Positions 8,612 to 18,741 of a DNA stretch of 64,000 nt are shown piece after piece (position 1 is the first letter of the stretch; each line of letters opens with the position of its first letter). Both the position numbers and the translations under genes were made by a program. The stretch lies in IMG/VR virus record IMGVR_UViG_3300047089_000244, positions 1-64,000 of that record. One strand, written 5' to 3'. The notes below the pieces were generated by a model. That model was not told the origin of the DNA and searched no databases. It saw nothing but the letters and a program-made list of their open reading frames with translations. Source of the DNA: a virus.

Positions 8612-10520
8612 GGGGTCCCCTCGCGCCGATCAGGAGGAGTGGCTCTTCCTGTCTGAAAGCGACGAGTTCAAAGGGCGCTGGGAGGTCACAGGACTCTGGC
8701 CTGACTGGTTCTTTGACTTCGAGAAGATCGTAGGTCATTATCGTACCGTATCCCCGGCCAAGTTGGAGGAGTTCCTATCGTTTGCTGCGGACAGCGGCTA
8801 CAGGGTCGTCTTCACAGACCCTCCAGAGGCCATCCTAGAGACATATGCGCGCTTGCGCGACCCTCCGCCATTCTCTCTCAACTCGTCCCTTGAGAACACC
8901 ATCAACGGGATGTTTCCGTGGCAGATCGAAGGCTTCAATAAGCTCGTGCGTGATGAATCGCTTGATGCCGGGCTCGTGATCTGGGATACAGGGACAGGCA
9001 AGACCGCTTTCATTGCCTCGGCGCTCAAGTGGCATCAGGTAGAGGGTCACCCATACGATTTGGGTCTGGTCATCGTCAAGAAGAATAACAAGATCGACAC
9101 GCAACGCAAGCTCAAAGCTTTAGCCGACTTTGATTCGTTCGTGGTGCAAGGTGCACCCAAGAAACGCGATCAGGTCTACGCTGAAGTATCGGAGGCTCTA
9201 GAGGGAAATCAAAAACCAATCCTCGTCACTAACTATGAGAGCTTCCGCCAAGATGATGAGATGTTCAAGTGGCTGATGGAAGACCGTGACTGTCTCGCCT
9301 TCTGGGATGAGATGCCTACACGTCTAAGTAATCGTACCACACAGGTCTATGAGACTGTACAAAAGTGTTTATGGCGTACCTTCCAACCGCGCAATGGGGA
9401 GCCTGTAGGCCGCCCTAAGTGGATGCGGCAATGGGAGCTTTCAGCTACCCCTATTGAGAACTCCCCTGAAGGGTTGTTCAATTGTGTGCGTTTGCTCAAA
9501 CCCCTTCTGCTCGGTACAGTAACCCAGTTCGACGCTAGCTACGTGATGAATCGTAACCCCGTCTCGCACAAGCCTGATCGATGGGGACGCCTCGATAAGC
9601 TAGAGGGCAAGATCGAGTTCATGACCCATCGCGCGAGCCTGGCAGACCCCGAAGTGGCCAAGTTGTTCCCAGACATCATGGAAGACCCACTCATCATCGA
9701 CTGGGACCCACGCGACCGTGCGATCTACGACATGCTTGCGAGTAACGCCGTGAAGATTCTCGAAGAAGAATCGGAGTCAGAGGAATTCAATATCCTGGCC
9801 CTCATCCAGGTCATGCAGATGCTCTGCGACGCCCCGTCGATGATCGGGCAGTCGGCGGAGAACCACAAGGAGTTTAAGAAGGTCGTTGCAGAACTAGGCG
9901 AGGATGAACTGCTGCCGAACATGGTAAAGGGTTCAGAGATTGCTGTACGCTTAGTAGAGACTCTCAAGAAAGCACCAACTGACGATCGTCATACCAAGTT
10001 TGAGACGCTCAGGGAAATCATCACCGAGAAACACCCCGATGAGAAAGTGCTAGTATACATGACGTGGGCTTCCTACGGATTCGAACCCGTCGAGGCGAAA
10101 CTAAAGGAATGGAATACCAACTATGTGGTCTATACCGGCACCGACAAACAACGTCAATACGCTAAGGATCAATTTAGGGCAGACTCGGACATCCGCGTCT
10201 TCCTCTCCAGTGATAAGGGATCAGATTCCATTGATCTCCCTGAGGCAGCGGTGGGAGTCAACTATAATCTCCCGTGGACATGGACCCGGAAGCGTCAGCG
10301 GCAAGGACGCAACAATCGAGTGGATTCTAGTCTAGACACAACATGGTGGTATGATCTGATCATGGCTAACAGCGTTGAGGAGCGCAAGCAGGAGATTATA
10401 GCTCAGAAGAAGGGCTACCATACCCAGCTTTTCGATGGCAAAGCGGCTGAGGATGCTATGGCTAGTAAGCTCTCTCGTGAGGATCTGGTCTGGATCTTGA
10501 CCGGGGCAAGAGAAACTTAG
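8559..10520 (+). CDS. SNF2-family helicase/ATPase
   Basis: PWQ, DTGTGKT, TNYE, WDE, LSATPIEN, QRQGRNNR; SD before ATG 8559. Confidence 0.92.
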   Translation: MKRARYELLTEDLLDKIEGSPRADQEEWLFLSESDEFKGRWEVTGLWPDWFFDFEKIVGHYRTVSPAKLEEFLSFAADSGYRVVFTDPPEAILETYARLRDPPPFSLNSSLENTINGMFPWQIEGFNKLVRDESLDAGLVIWDTGTGKTAFIASALKWHQVEGHPYDLGLVIVKKNNKIDTQRKLKALADFDSFVVQGAPKKRDQVYAEVSEALEGNQKPILVTNYESFRQDDEMFKWLMEDRDCLAFWDEMPTRLSNRTTQVYETVQKCLWRTFQPRNGEPVGRPKWMRQWELSATPIENSPEGLFNCVRLLKPLLLGTVTQFDASYVMNRNPVSHKPDRWGRLDKLEGKIEFMTHRASLADPEVAKLFPDIMEDPLIIDWDPRDRAIYDMLASNAVKILEEESESEEFNILALIQVMQMLCDAPSMIGQSAENHKEFKKVVAELGEDELLPNMVKGSEIAVRLVETLKKAPTDDRHTKFETLREIITEKHPDEKVLVYMTWASYGFEPVEAKLKEWNTNYVVYTGTDKQRQYAKDQFRADSDIRVFLSSDKGSDSIDLPEAAVGVNYNLPWTWTRKRQRQGRNNRVDSSLDTTWWYDLIMANSVEERKQEIIAQKKGYHTQLFDGKAAEDAMASKLSREDLVWILTGARET

Positions 10521-11377
10521 TGTGGCGATTTGCCCAAGAGCGATAGCGCCGACGCCAATACACGACGGTAGTGACCTTTGATCTGTCCACCTGAATCCGT
10601 TGAGAGAGCTTTATCACGTACTGTGGAAAAGCGATGGGCGTTTTGTTTTGATACATCTGATGAAGTCGCCGTGTCTGTGGTGTGACGAGCAATGTTTCGT
10701 GTGCGAATAGACATATCATGTGATAGACTTGTATCGGTGGTCGATCGGTAGAAATGCGTCTGAACCGTTGCTCGGTCACTTGATAGAGCTTTCTCCGTCT
10801 CTTCACGGACTGGTTTACCCCCTCGCGCGATCCAAATGCGAGTTGGTGTACCCTCTATGGACAGTGCAAAGTCTCCTGATCCTTCTGCGAACTGTTTTTT
10901 CGGTGGCGTTTCTGTGTTCTGCCCACGAATACGTGTGTAGATATATCCAAAGTCTACAATCAGTAGGCTGAGCGCCTTCGAGGTGGAGAACTCTCTACCC
11001 AGTGAGTCGAGGACTGTCAGGCTAATAGCCGTAGTCGGATCTGGGACCTCATAGGTGTGTGTGACGATGGGACCATGGCCTGTATGTCCATCACCAAAGT
11101 CCCAAAAGTACTCTAGGATCGAAATTCCTGGTGGTGCGATGACATGTGGCTGAACTTTGCTTTCGACCGTGTGAGCGGTACCAAAGAATTCAACCGCTAG
11201 AAAGACCGGAGTCGTACCCCAGGCATATCGTGCGTCGCTTCCTTTGTCACTCGGGAGTGGCGGATAGGGATACGTGTCGCCATCGTATGTGGCGATACCC
11301 GGCGGTCCTGTCTGTTCAAAGAAGAAGTCACATGTGACCGGGAGTGGCGGAGATGGTGGTTCTTGCAAGATGGACAT
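10517..11377 (-). CDS. virion fibre/accessory protein with PKD domain and ~20-aa T.D...S.D repeats
   Basis: YFWDFGDG..H.Y PKD motif; C-terminal repeats. Confidence 0.75.
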   Translation of the reverse strand: MSILQEPPSPPLPVTCDFFFEQTGPPGIATYDGDTYPYPPLPSDKGSDARYAWGTTPVFLAVEFFGTAHTVESKVQPHVIAPPGISILEYFWDFGDGHTGHGPIVTHTYEVPDPTTAISLTVLDSLGREFSTSKALSLLIVDFGYIYTRIRGQNTETPPKKQFAEGSGDFALSIEGTPTRIWIARGGKPVREETEKALSSDRATVQTHFYRSTTDTSLSHDMSIRTRNIARHTTDTATSSDVSKQNAHRFSTVRDKALSTDSGGQIKGHYRRVLASALSLLGKSPH

Positions 11378-13866
11378 TAGAAGACCGTGACTGTATGAGT
11401 AGCTTGGTTACGTAGACCATTACGATCGATCGCCACAAGCGTGACGTAATACGTTCCTTCGAGCGCATAGTTGTGTTCGGTGATCAATTGGTTACCTGCG
11501 GAGAAATTACCATCGCCAAAATTCCATTCGCGAAAGACAATAGCCCCTGTACCTTCTGTCGATTCATCCGTGAATTTGAAGTTTTTCACAGAGAGCGGTG
11601 TGATTTTGAATGCTGCGGACGGTGGTATCTTACCTGTGAGTCGTTCCTCTGGCCACACGAGACGACCTAAGCTCGCATAGCGAGGTATGATCTTTGGAGT
11701 CTTGATGGTAGCGTTTTGACGTAGCGCGCGGGCGCGTAGCTGTAGATCCTTGCCACGAGGAGAGAGAAGAATCCCCTTGCGATTAACGTTAACGATCTCG
11801 CGGAAGTCTGTCCAAGGGGCATAGTTGCTATTCCACGGATCACTCACGACAGAGCGCGCGCTCCATTGTACTGAACGCTCGAAGATCGAGACGTTATCGA
11901 TCCACCAAGAGGATGCAGTCAAAGTCGGCTGAAGGATCTGCACGTAGTATTTGCCAGTCTGTACGATCTCGTTCATCGGTAGGCGCAGAGTAACCTCTTG
12001 CCACTGGTTCGTTTCAAGTTCAGGCATTGATAGAGGAATAACAGTACCTTCTTCACTTACAAGCTGTGCTGAGATATTACCAAGCATCTCTTGGTCTAAG
12101 GTGGTGTATCCTTTGCTTGGAAAGAAAGGCGGAAATTTATGGTGACCAGGGAAAGATGCTTGGTGTTTGTTTTCTACTGTTTCGACTGTACGTGGCTCAC
12201 CTGAAAACCACAGAAAGAAACGAATCTCCGCTTGAGTAAAGTCAATGAACTCGATTAGATCCGTCGTGATCCCGACATCTTTTTCTGTTCCGTTGGTATC
12301 AATGCGAAAACTTTCCCCGCTGAGTGTGCGTGACTTGTCACGCGATAGAACTACCCCTTTGGACCCTTCCGGTGTAATGTCAAAGCCTTGATTCCACAGT
12401 TCTTCATTACCTGTGAAATTTGCGAATAACTGTGCGCCATTTACTGGAGTAAAACTCGTTAGTGGAGTGGACTTATATTCTGCATAGACGACACTACGCG
12501 GACGAATCGAATGAACGTATGCATCATTATCTGCAAGTAGAGCTTTCCAGCCTACGCGACCTTGCCGTCGGCGAAATACCCCATCGTCTTCAATCAATGT
12601 TGAATCGAAGAAGGGTTCTTGCACCACTGATTTATCTTTATTCAGTGCAAATATACGCACGCGAGCCCCTGAGTCTTCAAGCGAGCAGATCATCAGATAT
12701 TCAGTGTTATTATTCATGGCTGGTACTTTGGGAAAAATATATCCAGGTAATACCGAATTAGTCATGATCAACTTGGTTTTACCTTCGCCCCATTTTAGTG
12801 TAAAAGTAATCCAACTTTGCTCTACGGGATTGGCAACGGGTAAACGCTCCAAATCTTTCATCTGCTCTAAATGGTCAAAGCGAGACATAGGCTGTTTGTC
12901 AAATTCACCTACGGTGCGCGATACGAACTCTTCAGTACCGAGGTCGGGCTGTGGGTGTCCATCTAGCTGTGACTGCGTGACTCCAATGAGATCAAGTTGA
13001 GTCTGAAAGATCAACGGCTCCTCGCGAAGATAGAGAACGACTTCGTTTTGCACAGTTTGTGATCCTGGGTTGATGACGATCCCAAACTCTGTATCTACGG
13101 GACGAGGATCGTTATAGCCAGGGAGGAGATCAGACTTCCAGAGGATACCCTGATTAAGAATCGGTCCGCTTGCGGTGTCACCATTGAGAGGCGTAGGCTT
13201 ACGCAAGATTCCGTTCCAGTTGTCAAAGTCCACGGTTGATACGACCCATCCTGGTTTACCTTCAGCGGGAGCAAGCTTGAGCTTGATTCCCATAACATAT
13301 ACGGTACCCGTTTTACCTGTGTTGCAAACGATCTTGAGACGAACTCCTGTAATTGCTCCAAGATTGATTTCATTCTGCTTTAGTTTAGAACGTTCGATGA
13401 CGAATTGACTGTTACCTTCAATCATCGCTTTGAGACTTTCTGCTAAAGAGACAACGGCTGTCAATTTAGTATTAGCGCAATGACCTTCTGGATCGGATGT
13501 AATTTCAATCTTACTCTGGGTTGTGTTAATGGATGCAAGTGGGAATTTAGGCAATGCAAAAGTGAAATAATCGCTATCTATGAATCCAGTAAGCAGATCA
13601 ACAGGATGAGACGGTGTGATTGATTCTGATTCTGTGGTTCCTTCAGCAAGCAAGGAGAGTGCCGGATAACGCGCAACAGCAGACAGATATCCAAACGTAC
13701 CTACACTCCAATTCTCTCCAGAATTAGACACAAATGTACGTAAATCAACGTGGCGTTGAAACGCTAATTGTTCTTTGGTTTCCGCTTCGTAGGAATCGTA
13801 ATAGATCCACGCGCGCTCCGTAAACTCCTCACTAAGAGGAACATTTGATCTTTCGTGTTCAAGCAT
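11377..13866 (-). CDS. baseplate/tail protein with beta-sandwich domains and C-terminal PKD
   Basis: WNFGDG..HNY...G.Y.V.L; WWIDNV carbohydrate-binding-like domain; position after baseplate genes. Confidence 0.75.
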   Translation of the reverse strand: MLEHERSNVPLSEEFTERAWIYYDSYEAETKEQLAFQRHVDLRTFVSNSGENWSVGTFGYLSAVARYPALSLLAEGTTESESITPSHPVDLLTGFIDSDYFTFALPKFPLASINTTQSKIEITSDPEGHCANTKLTAVVSLAESLKAMIEGNSQFVIERSKLKQNEINLGAITGVRLKIVCNTGKTGTVYVMGIKLKLAPAEGKPGWVVSTVDFDNWNGILRKPTPLNGDTASGPILNQGILWKSDLLPGYNDPRPVDTEFGIVINPGSQTVQNEVVLYLREEPLIFQTQLDLIGVTQSQLDGHPQPDLGTEEFVSRTVGEFDKQPMSRFDHLEQMKDLERLPVANPVEQSWITFTLKWGEGKTKLIMTNSVLPGYIFPKVPAMNNNTEYLMICSLEDSGARVRIFALNKDKSVVQEPFFDSTLIEDDGVFRRRQGRVGWKALLADNDAYVHSIRPRSVVYAEYKSTPLTSFTPVNGAQLFANFTGNEELWNQGFDITPEGSKGVVLSRDKSRTLSGESFRIDTNGTEKDVGITTDLIEFIDFTQAEIRFFLWFSGEPRTVETVENKHQASFPGHHKFPPFFPSKGYTTLDQEMLGNISAQLVSEEGTVIPLSMPELETNQWQEVTLRLPMNEIVQTGKYYVQILQPTLTASSWWIDNVSIFERSVQWSARSVVSDPWNSNYAPWTDFREIVNVNRKGILLSPRGKDLQLRARALRQNATIKTPKIIPRYASLGRLVWPEERLTGKIPPSAAFKITPLSVKNFKFTDESTEGTGAIVFREWNFGDGNFSAGNQLITEHNYALEGTYYVTLVAIDRNGLRNQATHTVTVF

Positions 13867-13877
13867 TGGAGTTCATT

Positions 13878-16256
13878 TTAGTAAGTAAACCAAACCGATT
13901 CTTCACCGTAGACGACACCATCGTTTTCAACGGGGAAAGTTTCAACGTTGAAATCACTACGTTCGGTATTTATGTCATCGGTACCGGCCTCAACGTAGAT
14001 GTTTGTATCAGCAGTCACCGAGAACTGACTGCGCAGAAAGGCTAGTTCTTTGAGCCCTGCAAAATATGCACGGTCATTTTCAAAGAGCGCATTAAGTTCC
14101 TTATATTCGTGACGACAAGTGACCCAGAAATACAGGACGGGAATTGATTCGTCTAGGACGACAGCTTGGCGATCTAGACCTGAGACTGCGATAGTCGTGT
14201 TATTCCGAAATTGAGGTTCACCCTCGACCGGGTAGCTAGGTGCATTGTTGGCGTTTGTAGCTGCGCGTGCTCCAAGAAGAGTGAGCGGATTAGCCCGCGC
14301 TGCCGGTGGCTTGAGATATGTGTTGAGTGTTGTTTCGATGCGTCGTAGTGTTTCTGGATCAACGCGATTTGATGCCGGTGGTGCGATAGATGGCGTCGGT
14401 GTTGGATGTTCAGGGGAGGACGGTCCCTGAATCAGGTCTTCTAGCAATGGCTTGTAGCCTAGTTCGAGCGCATCGTATACAACACCGACACGCTTAGAGG
14501 TGAAGGCGGGAAGCGAAAGTTCTGCGAGGAATGGTGTCGCCACCCAATCGGGGAAGAGTTTATAACCCGTGGGCTTTTGGTAATCACCTGGTTCGTATGG
14601 ACGTGCCTGAAGGTGGCTAAACTCAATCTTGATGAACTTGGCTGTGATTGGTTCTGGTAATACATAAGTCGTCTTGACAGAAGTCACGAAAGACTGCGGG
14701 ATATGAACCCAGAGCTTCTGTTCCCACTCTTCTTCTGTCATTTCGCCACCTTCTGGTGTTCCAGTGAGATCATTGGTGTAGTAGATGTTGAATGCCACGC
14801 CTGGTGTAATCGGGTCGAGCACAACGCTATCGATGACCACCGGATCGACAGAGAGTTTAGGTTCAGTCAATTCGATTGATCCAGAACGACCCCTCTGGTT
14901 TTCCCACTTAGCGCTTGGGCTATCGCCATCGATGTAAGGGGCGGCTTTTGTTCCTGCGTTCGCCATGACGGCATCAATATAGAAAGTACGCGCTACCGTC
15001 TCGCTCGCAAGGGTACGTACTGACATGGTTGTGAGGCCGCTCGCGATAGGAGTCAGCGTGACTGAAAATCTTTGCCATTCGGAGCTTACGGTTATGACTT
15101 CTTCGGCTTTACCAACTGTCGCATCCCCGATTTCAAGTACCAGGGAGAATTTGCCGACTTTGCTACGGACCCAGGTTGAGACTGTAATCGGTTTAGCAAG
15201 TCCCACCGAGACCTGAGAGTATGCTCCTTCTGGTTCATGAAATCGTCCGGCAACGTGAGCTACAGTAGCCACTTCAAGTGAGTTGAGACCGCGCACAGCT
15301 TCGATTAAATTGACAACCCGTAACGTTGCTTGCGTTTCCCAGGTATCGAAGAAGAGTGTGGCCGCAAGCTTCTGTCGAGCTTCGAATCCAGCTTCGCCTT
15401 CTTTGCCTTTGATTACTTCTTTGGCCGGTCGGGCAGGGATCGTATCATCTTCCCTGAAATCAGGAGTGGGCTGCCAATTGAATGCTCCTTTGCCTACTAC
15501 GTCGTACTCGAAGCTCGGATCAAGCATCGTGTTAATGACCCCATAGATTGGAGTCGATGGAAAGACCCGTAGATCAGAGTAGTGGCTAGTAACTGCAAAC
15601 TTGGACGGCTGCGGGGCTGAAAGCCAGAATCCTGAATTGGTGTTCTCGCCTACCGGAGCCTGCGCGCTAGAGTGGATTGCCACAGAACGATAGGGATCTC
15701 CCAGGAAGTCTGTACCGGCGTCTGCTGACAATCCAAGGAGTCGGAAGGCAAACGACGCTGGTGGCGCGAGAAGGGCTTTACCGTTGCTCTGAAGGGCTTC
15801 TACAAACCCCGGCAGAGGGTTAGGCTGCGCATAGTAGACTTTTTCGATCCCCGATACGATCTGGAACCCGATGCGTAGCTCAGAGACGTTGGTGGTCATG
15901 CTTACATCGACTGGGATTTCTCGGTCTAGGATGACATCGATCCAGATTCGTTCTCCTTCAGCTTGTGCACCTGTTACTGTACCTTTGGCAAGGACCTCCC
16001 AAGCGGTATTACCAAAATTGTGTTGTTCGATCGTGTAGTTCAACGTAGCCGTGGATGCGGCTTCTTTAGCAATTGCAGCAAGAAGCTGAAAACCGGAAAT
16101 GCCAGGGAAACGAGTCTGTCCCGATTTAACACCACGTAAATAGTCTTCCGGTAGGCGGAACTCCTGGTAGTAGAAGCTATTGCCGGGTGTAATCGACGCC
16201 GTTACGACGTTTTGATCGATCACAACTCCGCTATATTCGGCGCATACGTTGCTCAT
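13878..16256 (-). CDS. baseplate/tail protein with CBM4/9-like domain
   Basis: N...DPSFE...WQRFSVT...FYIDAV..PYIDG; ATG 16256 (GTG 16259 alternative). Confidence 0.75.
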   Translation of the reverse strand: MSNVCAEYSGVVIDQNVVTASITPGNSFYYQEFRLPEDYLRGVKSGQTRFPGISGFQLLAAIAKEAASTATLNYTIEQHNFGNTAWEVLAKGTVTGAQAEGERIWIDVILDREIPVDVSMTTNVSELRIGFQIVSGIEKVYYAQPNPLPGFVEALQSNGKALLAPPASFAFRLLGLSADAGTDFLGDPYRSVAIHSSAQAPVGENTNSGFWLSAPQPSKFAVTSHYSDLRVFPSTPIYGVINTMLDPSFEYDVVGKGAFNWQPTPDFREDDTIPARPAKEVIKGKEGEAGFEARQKLAATLFFDTWETQATLRVVNLIEAVRGLNSLEVATVAHVAGRFHEPEGAYSQVSVGLAKPITVSTWVRSKVGKFSLVLEIGDATVGKAEEVITVSSEWQRFSVTLTPIASGLTTMSVRTLASETVARTFYIDAVMANAGTKAAPYIDGDSPSAKWENQRGRSGSIELTEPKLSVDPVVIDSVVLDPITPGVAFNIYYTNDLTGTPEGGEMTEEEWEQKLWVHIPQSFVTSVKTTYVLPEPITAKFIKIEFSHLQARPYEPGDYQKPTGYKLFPDWVATPFLAELSLPAFTSKRVGVVYDALELGYKPLLEDLIQGPSSPEHPTPTPSIAPPASNRVDPETLRRIETTLNTYLKPPAARANPLTLLGARAATNANNAPSYPVEGEPQFRNNTTIAVSGLDRQAVVLDESIPVLYFWVTCRHEYKELNALFENDRAYFAGLKELAFLRSQFSVTADTNIYVEAGTDDINTERSDFNVETFPVENDGVVYGEESVWFTY

Positions 16257-16304
16257 CACCGATTATGGTCCCGAAGTCCTCTGTCGTGTGTTATAATGCA
16301 GAGC

Positions 16305-16580
16305 ATGGAGACAATTGATAAAGCCAAAGAGCAACTTGCAGCACAAGTGAAGGTGCTCAAACTAGAGCCCGGTGACATTCTTGTGGCAAAACTAGGAATT
16401 GCCAATATGGGCGAGGGCCTACCCCCGTGGATTCCGATGCTTGCCGAGCTTGAGTCCGTGCGTGATGATCTGTTATTGGTTGTTCCTAAGGATGTGCGAG
16501 TGCTTATTCACCACATGGGTCTTGAATTTGAAACCATACGTAACCTCTCTGAGGCAGATCGCGTTCTCGTAGAATCTTAA
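16305..16580 (+). CDS. 91-aa protein resembling an internal portal-protein segment
   Basis: Leaderless after TGtTATAAT (16289-16297); sequence ILVAKLG...GEGLPPWIP...ELE..RDDL...D.RVLIHH.GLE. Confidence 0.7.
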   Translation: METIDKAKEQLAAQVKVLKLEPGDILVAKLGIANMGEGLPPWIPMLAELESVRDDLLLVVPKDVRVLIHHMGLEFETIRNLSEADRVLVES

Positions 16581-16585
16581 GTGAT

Positions 16586-18547
16586 TCAAGGGGCAACGTT
16601 ACGTCCGATACGCAGATTGCGTACCTCGGCGCTGTACGGGAATGGCAGACCTTCCGTAGGACGGGTGAACTCAAAGCGAATGAACCGCGTGTAGATCATG
16701 GCGCTCAAGGATGTGCTGATGTTCATCGTGATAAGCGACCACTGATTGATGTTCTTGGCTTCATAAGATGTGCTTTGAGTAGACGGTGCTTCACGTTCAT
16801 TGACTAGAGTCACAGGAATAAACCTACGTGCTGGCGCTGCATCGAGCAAGTCATAGCTCACTGAGATTTTGAATGGCTTCTGTGATGATTCAAACGAGAT
16901 GAAATTGACCGCTTGCACGGTACCGAGATCGATCTCTAAGAAGTCTGATCCCGCAAGTCGCTCTAGGGATGACCAAAAGGGTGCGGTTTCAGATGGCGCT
17001 CCTTGGATCTGAGCGAGATTCTGATAGATAGCAGGGTAGATGGAGTTGACGAGGGGTTCTGGGCCTACTTTAGTTGTCAGTGGTTCCGGAGGATTGACAG
17101 CGGCATCGATGGCTTTGAATTCCTCTCTCGGGCTCTGGAAAGTAGCGAGGAATGGATACTGCGCTTGCTGCGCAGCCGAGTAAATACCAATATGTTCATC
17201 TTTGTAGTTGTCTAGTTCTTCTAGATGTTCATTGCCTACCTCGGTGTAAGCCACTGCCGCAGCGACATTATGGAAGTTGACGTAATTAGCATGTTGTCCG
17301 TTGATCGCTACAGGAGCCTCATTCTCTATGCCTGGTTCGATCCAGGTGGTTGAACTTACAGGAGGCCACGGCAGACCCCTCTTACCTGTCACGTAGCGTA
17401 GAACTTCAATGAATTCTGAATCAGCAAAGGAGGCGTTAGGGATCTGACGCTTAGTTAGACCAGGAGCTTTGCCCGGTGTGAGGATACAAGTAACAGGCTT
17501 GATATTGTCAATAGCGACCTGGGCAAAATACCAATCTTCCGTTGGGATCACGGCTTCCTCGCCGTCTGCGGAGACTCCTACTTGATCGACAGCTACTTCG
17601 ATCTCAATTAGATGCCCTTCGTTATCGGCGAGAGAGTTTTGTGTGATTAGGAACTGTGGCATTGGCTTATCAGCCAGTTCATTGGTGAAACTAATAACAA
17701 GGGGGTTGCCAGGGAAAGGGCCACCTGTGACAGATACGTTTCGATTACCAATAACTGGAAGAGCTTCCAGCGCGAGTGTGAGTTCTTCGAAGTCAACGTT
17801 AAAGGGTAGTGCATACGTCGTACTGGTGTTCTGAATTTCTTCGCCTTTTCGACCTGGACCTAAAGGCATAGTGAGCTTGAACGTGCCCGTGATAGCATTG
17901 CCTTCCTCGATCGAGATCGTTTGCTGTGCGCTTTGTGGATGTTCCTGGCGTGGTAAGAGGATGATCTCTTCCGTTGATTTAGTCAGGCCGATCGGTTCGA
18001 TGCCGAGAGGGTCGTCAGAGAAACCGTCATATAGGCTATGATAGTTCTCTACGATTTCGACTGCACGATTAAGAGCCGACTTGGCTGCCAGAGTAATACC
18101 AAGTAATGTGCCACCAGCACGCACAGCCTTGAGGTAGTTAATCGCTCGGTTCTTGTAGGACGAATCCGATTCCTGGATTTTCTCCCACTGTTCATTGCTT
18201 AAGAGCCCTTCAGTGTCGTCGGTGTATGTCTCAAATGCTAGGCGGGCGAAGGAGAATGGTTCTGCGTAGAAGGCGTCTAGTTCGGTAGTGCGCAGGCCAT
18301 TGGCTTCGATGTTTAAGCGAGCTTCGAGGAAGTTCTGCTTGAGGGTCCCCACGCCAGCCGGACCCAGTAGCGTGTACATGAGCGCAACCAGATTCGAGTC
18401 GAGCGACTTGTTGTACAGCGTTTCAGGGAAAGCATCGAGATAACTGATAGGGTGTTTCGGGCCTCCTAATGGCTCGATGAAGACCTGCTGGTTGATGACA
18501 GTCGTGATGTCCGGTGTTTCGACCGTTGTGCCAAGAGGTTCAGACAT
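16586..18547 (-). CDS. baseplate wedge protein
   Basis: Follows baseplate J; D.SY..R...YL.A...GGT..G motif; IKP motif; C-terminal discoidin-like domain. Confidence 0.7.
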   Translation of the reverse strand: MSEPLGTTVETPDITTVINQQVFIEPLGGPKHPISYLDAFPETLYNKSLDSNLVALMYTLLGPAGVGTLKQNFLEARLNIEANGLRTTELDAFYAEPFSFARLAFETYTDDTEGLLSNEQWEKIQESDSSYKNRAINYLKAVRAGGTLLGITLAAKSALNRAVEIVENYHSLYDGFSDDPLGIEPIGLTKSTEEIILLPRQEHPQSAQQTISIEEGNAITGTFKLTMPLGPGRKGEEIQNTSTTYALPFNVDFEELTLALEALPVIGNRNVSVTGGPFPGNPLVISFTNELADKPMPQFLITQNSLADNEGHLIEIEVAVDQVGVSADGEEAVIPTEDWYFAQVAIDNIKPVTCILTPGKAPGLTKRQIPNASFADSEFIEVLRYVTGKRGLPWPPVSSTTWIEPGIENEAPVAINGQHANYVNFHNVAAAVAYTEVGNEHLEELDNYKDEHIGIYSAAQQAQYPFLATFQSPREEFKAIDAAVNPPEPLTTKVGPEPLVNSIYPAIYQNLAQIQGAPSETAPFWSSLERLAGSDFLEIDLGTVQAVNFISFESSQKPFKISVSYDLLDAAPARRFIPVTLVNEREAPSTQSTSYEAKNINQWSLITMNISTSLSAMIYTRFIRFEFTRPTEGLPFPYSAEVRNLRIGRNVAP

Positions 18548-18738
18548 TATGCCTTCTCTAGTGCGAAAGGACAGTCCGCCATCGTGTGTGTGTCTGAGAT
18601 GTAGACATAGGTACTCCAGCCTTCGCGGGTCTGCTTGCCGATGTCGGGGTCATCCAACTGTGTGCGTCGAATGAGACGATCAGGTCCAGCGCTAAGCGGA
18701 TCGGTAGCGATCAGATCGATATGTGTTGAATCAATCAT
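18547..18738 (-). CDS. small hypothetical protein
   Basis: Fills gap; TAATG coupling. Confidence 0.55.
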   Translation of the reverse strand: MIDSTHIDLIATDPLSAGPDRLIRRTQLDDPDIGKQTREGWSTYVYISDTHTMADCPFALEKA

Positions 18739-18741
18739 GGT

